DNA of 64,000 nucleotides from Squalus acanthias (taxonomy: Eukaryota), in the NCBI GenBank assembly GCA_030390025.1, contig CM059434.1, positions 95,108,001-95,172,000 of the forward strand, read 5' to 3'. Below the pieces are notes generated by a model. The model was not told the DNA's origin and did no database searches. It saw only the letters and a list, made by a program, of their open reading frames with translations. Shown piece by piece: positions 27,301-42,300 of the stretch; within the stretch, counting starts at the first letter, position 1; each line of letters begins with the position of its first letter. A program made the translations under genes and the position numbers.

Positions 27301-30300
27301 CAGTGGAGTCTCTGCTTACTCACTAACGTTTACTTAACTTTTTTGTAATATTTTATTGTCTTTTGAATGAAATGCACAATTTACAATTCATGTTGCTAGG
27401 GATACTCTGCATACTTCCAAATTCCAATACAATCATTATCAAATCTTGTCAGAGGATGCTCGCTGACACGTTGTGGCCGTTAATATTCTTTCCTATTTTC
27501 TTTTGTCCAGTAACTTGAAAGAGTTCTTTTGAAACACAACCAATTATGCAAATGCTGCTTTGTCAGACTCGTGTTAATGTTTGCACTTTAGTATTTGAAG
27601 TAAGGAGACCTAGTTAGTAGCTGTAGTCAATAATTTCCTCATTCTTTATGCCCGTTTCTCAATAAAATAACCTAGCGGTGGAACTCTATTAATACTGCTG
27701 GATTTGCAGTCGGAATGCAGCGGTTTAAAATTTTTTTTTCTTCAGAAGTGACGACTACAACAAAAGGAACAACCACAACTGTGTCTACTGCCAGTTCTAC
27801 AACTGGTAAGTGATGGTTTCTTTCAATATAGACTAGCAAGTCTTTTGACACAAGTGTGCTTTTTTCAACTTTGGCGAAGAAAATGCCAGGCCATCAGTTC
27901 AGTCCTGTAGACCTGTAGCCCATTCCTTTGGGATGGAATTACTTGAGAAGTTCAGAACATCTCAATCTGCAAGCAATGGCACTTTCACAAGAATTACAGA
28001 AGCAGTTTTGTGTAAACCTCTCCCCTAACAGCTTGTCCCAGGCGAAGAATAAAACAGTTATGTTTTAACAGTTGCAACTGTAAAATTCCTCTCTTCTGGC
28101 CACCTCTGTCTCATTTAGTCTCTACTTATTCTCACACTCAACTTTTTTACGACATTTTTTCGACCAGCTAATAAAATGTACAATTTGTACGTCACGCTGA
28201 TGCTCGTGGGCTGCATACTTCTAAATTCCAAATATTGTCAAATGTTGTTCCCTTGACATGTTGTGGTTGCTCATATTGTGACTATTACCGTTTTGGTCCA
28301 GTAGTATGAAAGACTTCTTTTGAAACACTCTGCAACTGCTGCCTTGCTGCTCTCATATTTATGTTTCCTATTTTTGGTTGGATCATGAGGGTCTAATATG
28401 TTCTCCTCCTTTTCTGTTACAGAGGTCGTCTGCCATGGCGAATGGTCCCCCTGGTTTAATGAACACACACCTTCTAATGACAGCCCGGGCGATTCTGAAT
28501 TACTAGACCGCCTAAGCAATAAATACTGTTCTTCCCCTTTTGATGACATTAGTAACATTCAGTGTCAGTTTGTTGGTGAACCTGAGAGGCCAATAAGCGA
28601 GTCACCAGACAATGTGACGTGCGACAAAGACACAGGGCTCACCTGTATAGTCTCGGAAAGTGCTTTGCAGGAGTCCAAGCTTTGTTTTGACTACAAAATT
28701 CGAGTTTGCTGCGAGAAAAAAACACCAGAGACCACAACAACCAGCAGTACAACCACGGCTTCTGGTAAATGAGAAACTTATGTACGAGTTAATAATGTCT
28801 CCCATACGTTAAATCAAAGCTGACGTTTTACATCAAGCAGTCAAAGGAGTTAGGATATCTAGTTAGTAGCTGTAGTTAACAATTTCCTCATCATTTGTGC
28901 CTTAGTATCAATAAAATAGCCTAATGGTGAAATTCTCAATACTGCAGGATTTGAAATTAGAGTTCAGAGGTTTTGAATTTTTTGTTGTTTTTGTTCACAA
29001 GTGGCGACTACAACAACAGAGACAACAACTACACCTGGTATTGCTGACACTACTACAACGGGTAAGTGATGTCTGCTTTCAATGTACACCAGCAAGTCTG
29101 TTTACACCAGTGTGCTTTTCTCAAATTCAGCTTTCAGACAAGGTCAGCCCATTAGTTCAGTCTTGTAGTCCCTTCCTCTTGGGTGAAAATGCTTGAAAAT
29201 TTAAAGACATCTGAATCTGCAGTTAGTTTTTTCAACATCACTTGTGCAGAAGGTGTAATTAAATAGTCTTATGGAGGAACTCTACAGGAATACTATAGGA
29301 ATTTACATTATAGTGTAGTGGTTTTGATTAATTGTTCTTGTTCTTCAGAAGGAATCACAACAACAGTAAAAGCAACTACAACTGGGTCCACTACTGGCTC
29401 CACACCGGGTGAGTGAGGGCTTCTTTTGCTATCCAGTAGCAAGACCAGTGACACAAGTTATCTTGTTTCAACAACTCCCTGACTGTGGAAATCCATGAAT
29501 TCACTCCTTGTAGATATTTAGCCAATTTTTCTAGGGGGAAATGGTTGACAACTTAACCATATGGATAAAGATAGATCAGAGGCTGTGCTGAGGACAAATG
29601 CTGTGTCCATATTTGTGCCGCCTCTGTCTCTCTTCGTCTCAGCTTAATCACCAACTTTTACTCAAGGTTTTGGCAATATTTCTCTGACTTTTGAATGAAA
29701 CGTTGAATTTGCATTCCATGTTGATGGTGGTATTGTTCATACTTTCAAATTCCAATAGCTGCATTGTCAAATATTGTCAAAGGATGATCCTCTGACATGT
29801 TGTGGTTGTTAATAGTCTTGCTTTTCTTCTTTTGTCCAGTACCTTGAAATAGTTCTTTTGATACACAACAAATTATGCAAATATTTTCTTGCCACTCTCA
29901 TGTTTATGTTGTTCTTCTCTACTTGACAGAGGAGAAAAAAAGAGATCTAGTTAGTCACTCGTAAAATAATTTTCTCATTCTTTGCCCTTTATTATCAATA
30001 AAACAGCCAACTCTATTAGTACTGAGGGATTTAAATTTGATTGCTGTGTTTTGAATATTTTTCCTGTTTGTTCAGAAGTGTTGACTACAACAAAAGGGAC
30101 AACAACCACACCTATTATTGTTGACACTACCACACCGGGTAAGTGATGTCTGCTTTCAATATACACCAACAAGTCTCTTCACACTAGTGTGCTTTCCTCA
30201 AATTCATGCTTTCAGGCAATGTCAGTCCATTAGTTCAATCTTGTAGTCTTATCTTTTGACAGAAAATGGTTGAAAATTTAAGGACATCTGAATCTGCAGT

Positions 30301-33300
30301 TAGTTTTTCAACATCACTTTTGTAGCAACAGCAATAAAATAGTCTTATAGAGGAAATCTACAGGAATACTATAGCCCAGAAATTAGGCTCCCTGGCTTCC
30401 CGCGGGTGCAAGGATCCCGCGCGCACCTACCTACCGCGCCTGCCGTTGACCTCTGGGCCCACGGGGACTTCAGCTCCTGGGCCTCCTGCAGCTGCAGGCG
30501 CGCAGTGCTTGTGTATCCCGGGGCGTAGTTAGTGCGATGCGTCCCCTGGGATCACGTGGGCCATGGAGAGCCAATGGCAGCAGACCATCTTTCATTCATA
30601 GATTTGACAGGACCTGTCAAATCTATGAATTGAAATCAGCCCCAAAACAACACCTAAACTTCAAATAATTTTTTTTAAAAACCATCACATTTTTAAAATA
30701 ACTATAAGTTAAATAAATTAACTACTTTAAACAAAAATTTAAATTTTTGAAAAAATTAAAATACTTTTTAACAGTGCTAAAAATAAACTTACCTTTCTTT
30801 AAAGTATCTAAAAAAGATAAACCTGTTGAAATTTTTTAAAATTGTAATTAATTAACCACTTACCTTGTTAAAAACGGGTCTTGTGCCTCCTTTTTAAAAG
30901 CGCAGCTTCTTCCATACTTACCTTCCCGGAGAAACCTGAAAAAAAAACTAAGTTCGCTGCGTGCGCGCAGCCTCTCCCGCGCACGCGGTTCACCTCTCAA
31001 CCCCTCCCTTCACGAGACCGGAAGTTCCGGTTTCCCGCGCATGCGCAGTGCATGCAGGAAACCGGCACTTCAGGATGCCTTATGGGTGAGCACACAGCGC
31101 GTACTCACCCGGCAAGTGCCTAATTTTTGGCCCTATAGGTATTTACGTTGTATTGACCTCGTTTCGATTATTTTTCTTGTTCTACAGAAGGAATCACAAC
31201 AACAGTGGAAACAACTACAACCGGGTCCACTACTGGCTCCACACCGGGTGAGTGAGGGCTTCTTTCAATATAAAGTAGCAAGACCAGTGACAAGTTATCT
31301 TGTTTCAACAGCTCCCAGACAGTGGAGTCTCTGCTTACTCACTAACGTTTACTTAACTTTTTTGTAATATTTTATTGTCTTTTGAATGAAATGCACAATT
31401 TACAATTCATGTTGCTAGGGATACTCTGCATACTTCCAAATTCCAATACAATCATTATCAAATCTTGTCAGAGGATGCTCGCTGACACGTTGTGGCCGTT
31501 AATATTCTTTCCTATTTTCTTTTGTCCAGTAACTTGAAAGAGTTCTTTTGAAACACAACCAATTATGCAAATGCTGCTTTGTCAGACTCGTGTTAATGTT
31601 TGCACTTTAGTATTTGAAGTAAGGAGACCTAGTTAGTAGCTGTAGTCAATAATTTCCTCATTCTTTATGCCCGTTTCTCAATAAAATAACCTAGCGGTGG
31701 AACTCTATTAATACTGCTGGATTTGCAGTCGGAATGCAGCGGTTTAAAATTTTTTTTTCTTCAGAAGTGACGACTACAACAAAAGGAACAACCACAACTG
31801 TGTCTACTGCCAGTTCTACAACTGGTAAGTGATGGTTTCTTTCAATATAGACTAGCAAGTCTTTTGACACAAGTGTGCTTTTTTCAACTTTGGCGAAGAA
31901 AATGCCAGGCCATCAGTTCAGTCCTGTAGACCTGTAGCCCATTCCTTTGGGATGGAATTACTTGAGAAGTTCAGAACATCTCAATCTGCAAGCAATGGCA
32001 CTTTCACAAGAATTACAGAAGCAGTTTTGTGTAAACCTCTCCCCTAACAGCTTGTCCCAGGCGAAGAATAAAACAGTTATGTTTTAACAGTTGCAACTGT
32101 AAAATTCCTCTCTTCTGGCCACCTCTGTCTCATTTAGTCTCTACTTATTCTCACACTCAACTTTTTTACGACATTTTTTCGACCTGCTAATAAAATGTAC
32201 AATTTGTACGTCACGCTGATGCTCGTGGGCTGCATACTTCTAAATTCCAAATATTGTCAAATGTTGTTCCCTTGACATGTTGTGGTTGCTCATATTGTGA
32301 CTATTACCGTTTTGGTCCAGTAGTATGAAAGACTTCTTTTGAAACACTCTGCAACTGCTGCCTTGCTGCTCTCATATTTATGTTTCCTATTTTTGGTTGG
32401 ATCATGAGGGTCTAATATGTTCTCCTCCTTTTCTGTTACAGAGGTCGTCTGCCATGGCGAATGGTCCCCCTGGTTTAATGAACACACACCTTCTAATGAC
32501 AGCCCGGGCGATTCTGAATTACTAGACCGCCTAAGCAATAAATACTGTTCTTCCCCTTTTGATGACATTAGTAACATTCAGTGTCAGTTTGTTGGTGAAC
32601 CTGAGAGGCCAATAAGCGAGTCACCAGACAATGTGACGTGCGACAAAGACACAGGGCTCACCTGTATAGTCTCGGAAAGTGCTTTGCAGGAGTCCAAGCT
32701 TTGTTTTGACTACAAAATTCGAGTTTGCTGCGAGAAAAAAACACCAGAGACCACAACAACCAGCAGTACAACCACGGCTTCTGGTAAATGAGAAACTTAT
32801 GTACGAGTTAATAATGTCTCCCATACGTTAAATCAAAGCTGACGTTTTACATCAAGCAGTCAAAGGAGTTAGGATATCTAGTTAGTAGCTGTAGTTAACA
32901 ATTTCCTCATCATTTGTGCCTTAGTATCAATAAAATAGCCTAATGGTGAAATTCTCAATACTGCAGGATTTGAAATTAGAGTTCAGAGGTTTTGAATTTT
33001 TTGTTGTTTTTGTTCACAAGTGGCGACTACAACAACAGAGACAACAACTACACCTGGTATTGCTGACACTACTACAACGGGTAAGTGATGTCTGCTTTCA
33101 ATGTACACCAGCAAGTCTGTTTACACCAGTGTGCTTTTCTCAAATTCAGCTTTCAGACAAGGTCAGCCCATTAGTTCAGTCTTGTAGTCCCTCCCTCTTG
33201 GGTGAAAATGCTTGAAAATTTAAAGACATCTGAATCTGCAGTTAGTTTTTTCAACATCACTTGTGCAGAAGGTGTAATTAAATAGTCTTATGGAGGAACT

Positions 33301-36300
33301 CTACAGGAATACTATAGGAATTTACATTATAGTGTAGTGGTTTTGATTAATTGTTCTTGTTCTTCAGAAGGAATCACAACAACAGTAAAAGCAACTACAA
33401 CTGGGTCCACTACTGGCTCCACACCGGGTGAGTGAGGGCTTCTTTTGCTATCCAGTAGCAAGACCAGTGACACAAGTTATCTTGTTTCAACAACTCCCTG
33501 ACTGTGGAAATCCATGAATTCACTCCTTGTAGATATTTAGCCAATTTTTCTAGGGGGAAATGGTTGACAACTTAACCATATGGATAAAGATAGATCAGAG
33601 GCTGTGCTGAGGACAAATGCTGTGTCCATATTTGTGCCGCCTCTGTCTCTCTTCGTCTCAGCTTAATCACCAACTTTTACTCAAGGTTTTGGCAATATTT
33701 CTCTGACTTTTGAATGAAACGTTGAATTTGCATTCCATGTTGATGGTGGTATTGTTCATACTTTCAAATTCCAATAGCTGCATTGTCAAATATTGTCAAA
33801 GGATGATCCTCTGACATGTTGTGGTTGTTAATAGTCTTGCTTTTCTTCTTTTGTCCAGTACCTTGAAATAGTTCTTTTGATACACAACAAATTATGCAAA
33901 TATTTTCTTGCCACTCTCATGTTTATGTTGTTCTTCTCTACTTGACAGAGGAGAAAAAAAGAGATCTAGTTAGTCACTCGTAAAATAATTTTCTCATTCT
34001 TTGCCCTTTATTATCAATAAAACAGCCAACTCTATTAGTACTGAGGGATTTAAATTTGATTGCTGTGTTTTGAATATTTTTCCTGTTTGTTCAGAAGTGT
34101 TGACTACAACAAAAGGGACAACAACCACACCTATTATTGTTGACACTACCACACCGGGTAAGTGATGTCTGCTTTCAATATACACCAACAAGTCTCTTCA
34201 CACTAGTGTGCTTTCCTCAAATTCATGCTTTCAGGCAATGTCAGTCCATTAGTTCAATCTTGTAGTCTTATCTTTTGACAGAAAATGGTTGAAAATTTAA
34301 GGACATCTGAATCTGCAGTTAGTTTTTCAACATCACTTTTGTAGCAACAGCAATAAAATAGTCTTATAGAGGAAATCTACAGGAATACTATGGCCCAGAA
34401 ATTAGGCTCCCTGGCTTCCCGCGGGTGCAAGGATCCCGCGCGCACCTACCTACCGCGCCTGCCGTTGACCTCTGGGCCCACGGGGACTTCAGCTCCTGGG
34501 CCTCCTGCAGCTGCAGGCGCGCAGTGCTTGTGTATCCCGGGGCGTAGTTAGTGCGATGCGTCCCCTGGGATCACGTGGGCCATGGAGAGCCAATGGCAGC
34601 AGACCATCTTTCATTCATAGATTTGACAGGACCTGTCAAATCTATGAATTGAAATCAGCCCCAAAACAACACCTAAACTTCAAATAATTTTTTTAAAAAA
34701 CCATCACATTTTTAAAATAACTATAAGTTAAATAAATTAACTACTTTAAACAAAAATTTAAATTTTTGAAAAAATTAAAATACTTTTTAACAGTGCTAAA
34801 AATAAACTTACCTTTCTTTAAAGTATCTAAAAAAGATAAACCTGTTGAAATTTTTTTTAAATTGTAATTAATTAACCACTTACCTTGTTAAAAACGGGTC
34901 TTGTGCCTCCTTTTTAAAAGCGCAGCTTCTTCCATACTTACCTTCCCGGAGAAACCTGAAAAAAAAACTAAGTTCGCTGCGTGCGCGCAGCCTCTCCCGC
35001 GCACGCGGTTCACCTCTCAACCCCTCCCTTCACGAGACCGGAAGTTCCGGTTTCCCGCGCATGCGCAGTGCATGCAGGAAACCGGCACTTCAGGATGCCT
35101 TATGGGTGAGCACACAGCGCGTACTCACCCGGCAAGTGCCTAATTTTTGGCCCTATAGGTATTTACGTTGTATTGACCTCGTTTCGATTATTTTTCTTGT
35201 TCTACAGAAGGAATCACAACAACAGTGGAAACAACTACAACCGGGTCCACTACTGGCTCCACACCGGGTGAGTGAGGGCTTCTTTCAATATAAAGTAGCA
35301 AGACCAGTGACAAGTTATCTTGTTTCAACAGCTCCCAGACAGTGGAGTCTCTGCTTACTCACTAACGTTTACTTAACTTTTTTGTAATATTTTATTGTCT
35401 TTTGAATGAAATGCACAATTTACAATTCATGTTGCTAGGGATACTCTGCATACTTCCAAATTCCAATACAATCATTATCAAATCTTGTCAGAGGATGCTC
35501 GCTGACACGTTGTGGCCGTTAATATTCTTTCCTATTTTCTTTTGTCCAGTAACTTGAAAGAGTTCTTTTGAAACACAACCAATTATGCAAATGCTGCTTT
35601 GTCAGACTCGTGTTAATGTTTGCACTTTAGTATTTGAAGTAAGGAGACCTAGTTAGTAGCTGTAGTCAATAATTTCCTCATTCTTTATGCCCGTTTCTCA
35701 ATAAAATAACCTAGCGGTGGAACTCTATTAATACTGCTGGATTTGCAGTCGGAATGCAGCGGTTTAAAATTTTTTTTCTTCAGAAGTGACGACTACAACA
35801 AAAGGAACAACCACAACTGTGTCTACTGCCAGTTCTACAACTGGTAAGTGATGGTTTCTTTCAATATAGACTAGCAAGTCTTTTGACACAAGTGTGCTTT
35901 TTTCAACTTTGGCGAAGAAAATGCCAGGCCATCAGTTCAGTCCTGTAGACCTGTAGCCCATTCCTTTGGGATGGAATTACTTGAGAAGTTCAGAACATCT
36001 CAATCTGCAAGCAATGGCACTTTCACAAGAATTACAGAAGCAGTTTTGTGTAAACCTCTCCCCTAACAGCTTGTCCCAGGCGAAGAATAAAACAGTTATG
36101 TTTTAACAGTTGCAACTGTAAAATTCCTCTCTTCTGGCCACCTCTGTCTCATTTAGTCTCTACTTATTCTCACACTCAACTTTTTACGACATTTTTTCGA
36201 CCTGCTAATAAAATGTACAATTTGTACGTCACGCTGATGCTCGTGGGCTGCATACTTCTAAATTCCAAATATTGTCAAATGTTGTTCCCTTGACATGTTG

Positions 36301-39300
36301 TGGTTGCTCATATTGTGACTATTACCGTTTTGGTCCAGTAGTATGAAAGACTTCTTTTGAAACACTCTGCAACTGCTGCCTTGCTGCTCTCATATTTATG
36401 TTTCCTATTTTTGGTTGGATCATGAGGGTCTAATATGTTCTCCTCCTTTTCTGTTACAGAGGTCGTCTGCCATGGCGAATGGTCCCCCTGGTTTAATGAA
36501 CACACACCTTCTAATGACAGCCCGGGCGATTCTGAATTACTAGACCGCCTAAGCAATAAATACTGTTCTTCCCCTTTTGATGACATTAGTAACATTCAGT
36601 GTCAGTTTGTTGGTGAACCTGAGAGGCCAATAAGCGAGTCACCAGACAATGTGACGTGCGACAAAGACACAGGGCTCACCTGTATAGTCTCGGAAAGTGC
36701 TTTGCAGGAGTCCAAGCTTTGTTTTGACTACAAAATTCGAGTTTGCTGCGAGAAAAAAACACCAGAGACCACAACAACCAGCAGTACAACCACGGCTTCT
36801 GGTAAATGAGAAACTTATGTACGAGTTAATAATGTCTCCCATACGTTAAATCAAAGCTGACGTTTTACATCAAGCAGTCAAAGGAGTTAGGATATCTAGT
36901 TAGTAGCTGTAGTTAACAATTTCCTCATCATTTGTGCCTTAGTATCAATAAAATAGCCTAATGGTGAAATTCTCAATACTGCAGGATTTGAAATTAGAGT
37001 TCAGAGGTTTTGAATTTTTTGTTGTTTTTGTTCACAAGTGGCGACTACAACAACAGAGACAACAACTACACCTGGTATTGCTGACACTACTACAACGGGT
37101 AAGTGATGTCTGCTTTCAATGTACACCAGCTAGTCTGTTTACACCAGTGTGCTTTTCTCAAATTCAGCTTTCAGACAAGGTCAGCCCATTAGTTCAGTCT
37201 TGTAGTCCCTCCCTCTTGGGTGAAAATGCTTGAAAATTTAAAGACATCTGAATCTGCAGTTAGTTTTTTCAACATCACTTGTGCAGAAGGTGTAATTAAA
37301 TAGTCTTATGGAGGAACTCTACAGGAATACTATAGGAATTTACATTATAGTGTAGTGGTTTTGATTAATTGTTCTTGTTCTTCAGAAGGAATCACAACAA
37401 CAGTAAAAGCAACTACAACCGGGTCCACTACTGGCTCCACACCGGGTGAGTGAGGGCTTCTTTTGCTATCCAGTAGCAAGACCAGTGACACAAGTTATCT
37501 TGTTTCAACAACTCCCTGACTGTGGAAATCCATGAATTCACTCCTTGTAGATATTTAGCCAATTTTTCTAGGGGGAAATGGTTGACAACTTAACCATATG
37601 GATAAAGATAGATCAGAGGCTGTGCTGAGGAGAAATGCTGTGTCCATATTTGTGCCGCCTCTGTCTCTCTTAGTCTCAGCTTAATCACCAACTTTTACTC
37701 AAGGTTTTGGCAATATTTCTCTGACTTTTGAATGAAACGTTGAATTTGCATTCCATGTTGATGGTGGTATTGTTCATACTTTCAAATTCCAATAGCTGCA
37801 TTGTCAAATATTGTCAAAGGATGATCCTCTGACATGTTGTGGTTGTTAATAGTCTTGCTTTTCTTCTTTTGTCCAGTACCTTGAAATAGTTCTTTTGATA
37901 CACAACAAATTATGCAAATATTTTCTTGCCACTCTCATGTTTATGTTGTTCTTCTCTACTTGACAGAGGAGAAAAAAAGAGATCTAGTTAGTCACTCGTA
38001 AAATAATTTTCTCATTCTTTGCCCTTTATTATCAATAAAACAGCCAACCGGTGAAACTCTATTAGTACTGAGGGATTTAAATTTGATTGCTGTGGTTTTG
38101 AATATTTTTCCTGTTTGTTCAGAAGTGTTGACTACAACAAAAGGGACAACAACCACACCTATTATTGTTGACACTACTACACCGGGTAAGTGATGTCTGC
38201 TTTCAATATAAAGCAACAAGTCTCTTCACACTAGTGTGCTTTCCTCAAATTCATGCTTTCAGGCAATGTCAGTCCATTAGTTCAGTCTTGCAGTCTTATC
38301 TTTTGACAGAAAATGGTTGAAAATTTAAGGACATCTGAATCTGCAGTTAGTTTTTCAACATCACTTTTGTAGCAACAGCAATAAAATAGTCTTATGGAAG
38401 AGATCTACAGGAATGCTATAGTTACGTTGCATTGAACTGCTTTCGATTATTTTTCTTGTTCTTCAGAAGGAATCACAACAACTGTGAAAACAACTACAAC
38501 CGGGTCCACTACTGGCTCCACACCGGGTGAGTGAGGGCTTCTTTTGATATAAAGTAGCAAGACCAGTGACACAAGTTATCTTGTTTCAACAACTTCCAGA
38601 CAGTGGAAGTCCATTACTTCACCCCTTAGAAAACATAGAACATTGAAAAATAGGAGCAGGAGTAGGCCATTCGGCCCTTCGAGCCTGCTCCGCCATTCAA
38701 TATGATCATGGCTGATCCTCTATCTCAATACCATATTCCCGCTCTCTCCCCATACCCCTTGATGCCTTTTTTATCTAGAAATCTGTCTATCTTGTAGATA
38801 TTTAGCTCATTCCTTTCAGAGGGAAATGATTGACAACTTAACTGTATGGATAAACCAAGATCAGAGGCTGTGCTGAGGAGAAATGCTGTGTCCATATTTG
38901 TTCTGCCTCTGACTCTCTTACTCTCTGCTTCCTCACCAACCTTTACTCAAATTTTTGGCAATATTTTTCTGACTTTTGAATGAAATGTATAATTTGCATT
39001 TCATGTTGATGGTGGTATTGTGCATACTTTCAAATTCCAATAGAAGCATTATCAAATATTTTCAAAGGATGATCCCCTTGACATGTTGTGGATGTTAATT
39101 TTCTTCCCTTTTTGTCTATTGTCCAGTAAGTTAAAATAGTTCTTTTGAAACACAACCAATTATGCAAATGTTGTCTCGCTATTTTCATGTTTATGTTTGT
39201 TTTTTATTACTTGACAAAGGAGAAAAAAGTTGACCTAGTTAGTAGCTGTAGTGAAACATTTTCCTCATTCTTTGCACTTTAGTATCAATAAAATAGCCAA

Positions 39301-42300
39301 CTGGTGAAACTCTCTCAGTACTGCAGGAGTTCATGTTTGAGTGCTGTGGTTTTGAATGTTTTTATTTTTCTTCCTAAGTGACGACTACAACAAAAGGGAC
39401 AACAACCACACCTATTATTGTTGTCACTACTACACCGGGTAAGTGATGTCTGCTTTCAATATACACCACAAGTCTCTTCACACTAGTGTGCTTTCCTCAA
39501 ATTCATGCTTTCAGGCAATGTCAGTCCATTAGTTCAGTCTTGCAGTCTTATCTTTTGACAGAAAATGGTTGAAAATTTAAGGACATCTGAATCTGCAGTT
39601 AGTTTTTCAACATCACTTTTGTAGCAACAGCAATAAAATAGTCTTATAGAGGAAATCTACAGGAATACTATGGCCCAGAAATTAGGCTCCCTGGCTTCCC
39701 GCGGGTGCAAGGATCCCGCGCGCACCTACCTACTGCGCCTGCCGTTGACCTCTGGGCCCACGGGGACTTCAGCTCCTGGGCCTCCTGCAGCTGCAGGCGC
39801 GCAGTGCTTGTGTATCCCGGGGCGTAGTTAGTGCGATGCGTCCCCTGGGATCACGTGGGCCATGGAGAGCCAATGGCAGCAGACCATCTTTCATTCATAG
39901 ATTTGACAGGACCTGTCAAATCTATGAATTGAAATCAGCCCCAAAACAACACCTAAACTTCAAATAATTTTTTTAAAAAACCATCACATTTTTAAAATAA
40001 CTATAAGTTAAATAAATTAACTACTTTAAACAAAAATTTAAATTTTTGAAAAAATTAAAATACTTTTTAACAGTGCTAAAAATAAACTTACCTTTCTTTA
40101 AAGTATCTAAAAAAGATAAACCTGTTGAAATTTTTTTAAAATTGTAATTAATTAACCACTTACCTTGTTAAAAACGGGTCTTGTGCCTCCTTTTTAAAAG
40201 CGCAGCTTCTTCCATACTTACCTTCCCGGAGAAACCTGAAAAAAAAACTAAGTTCGCTGCGTGCGCGCAGCCTCTCCCGCGCACGCGGTTCACCTCTCAA
40301 CCCCTCCCTTCACGAGACCGGAAGTTCCGGTTTCCCGCGCATGCGCAGTGCATGCAGGAAACCGGCACTTCAGGATGCCTTATGGGTGAGCACACAGCGC
40401 GTACTCACCCGGCAAGTGCCTAATTTTTGGCCCTATAGGTATTTACGTTGTATTGACCTCGTTTCGATTATTTTTCTTGTTCTACAGAAGGAATCACAAC
40501 AACAGTGGAAACAACTACAACCGGGTCCACTACTGGCTCCACACCGGGTGAGTGAGGGCTTCTTTCAATATAAAGTAGCAAGACCAGTGACAAGTTATCT
40601 TGTTTCAACAGCTCCCAGACAGTGGAGTCTCTGCTTACTCACTAACGTTTACTTAACTTTTTTGTAATATTTTATTGTCTTTTGAATGAAATGCACAATT
40701 TACAATTCATGTTGCTAGGGATACTCTGCATACTTCCAAATTCCAATACAATCATTATCAAATCTTGTCAGAGGATGCTCGCTGACACGTTGTGGCCGTT
40801 AATATTCTTTCCTATTTTCTTTTGTCCAGTAACTTGAAAGAGTTCTTTTGAAACACAACCAATTATGCAAATGCTGCTTTGTCAGACTCGTGTTAATGTT
40901 TGCACTTTAGTATTTGAAGTAAGGAGACCTAGTTAGTAGCTGTAGTCAATAATTTCCTCATTCTTTATGCCCGTTTCTCAATAAAATAACCTAGCGGTGG
41001 AACTCTATTAATACTGCTGGATTTGCAGTCGGAATGCAGCGGTTTAAAATTTTTTTTTCTTCAGAAGTGACGACTACAACAAAAGGAACAACCACAACTG
41101 TGTCTACTGCCAGTTCTACAACTGGTAAGTGATGGTTTCTTTCAATATAGACTAGCAAGTCTTTTGACACAAGTGTGCTTTTTTCAACTTTGGCGAAGAA
41201 AATGCCAGGCCATCAGTTCAGTCCTGTAGACCTGTAGCCCATTCCTTTGGGATGGAATTACTTGAGAAGTTCAGAACATCTCAATCTGCAAGCAATGGCA
41301 CTTTCACAAGAATTACAGAAGCAGTTTTGTGTAAACCTCTCCCCTAACAGCTTGTCCCAGGCGAAGAATAAAACAGTTATGTTTTAACAGTTGCAACTGT
41401 AAAATTCCTCTCTTCTGGCCACCTCTGTCTCATTTAGTCTCTACTTATTCTCACACTCAACTTTTTTACGACATTTTTTCGACCTGCTAATAAAATGTAC
41501 AATTTGTACGTCACGCTGATGCTCGTGGGCTGCATACTTCTAAATTCCAAATATTGTCAAATGTTGTTCCCTTGACATGTTGTGGTTGCTCATATTGTGA
41601 CTATTACCGTTTTGGTCCAGTAGTATGAAAGACTTCTTTTGAAACACTCTGCAACTGCTGCCTTGCTGCTCTCATATTTATGTTTCCTATTTTTGGTTGG
41701 ATCATGAGGGTCTAATATGTTCTCCTCCTTTTCTGTTACAGAGGTCGTCTGCCATGGCGAATGGTCCCCCTGGTTTAATGAACACACACCTTCTAATGAC
41801 AGCCCGGGCGATTCTGAATTACTAGACCGCCTAAGCAATAAATACTGTTCTTCCCCTTTTGATGACATTAGTAACATTCAGTGTCAGTTTGTTGGTGAAC
41901 CTGAGAGGCCAATAAGCGAGTCACCAGACAATGTGACGTGCGACAAAGACACAGGGCTCACCTGTATAGTCTCGGAAAGTGCTTTGCAGGAGTCCAAGCT
42001 TTGTTTTGACTACAAAATTCGAGTTTGCTGCGAGAAAAAAACACCAGAGACCACAACAACCAGCAGTACAACCACGGCTTCTGGTAAATGAGAAACTTAT
42101 GTACGAGTTAATAATGTCTCCCATACGTTAAATCAAAGCTGACGTTTTACATCAAGCAGTCAAAGGAGTTAGGATATCTAGTTAGTAGCTGTAGTTAACA
42201 ATTTCCTCATCATTTGTGCCTTAGTATCAATAAAATAGCCTAATGGTGAAATTCTCAATACTGCAGGATTTGAAATTAGAGTTCAGAGGTTTTGAATTTT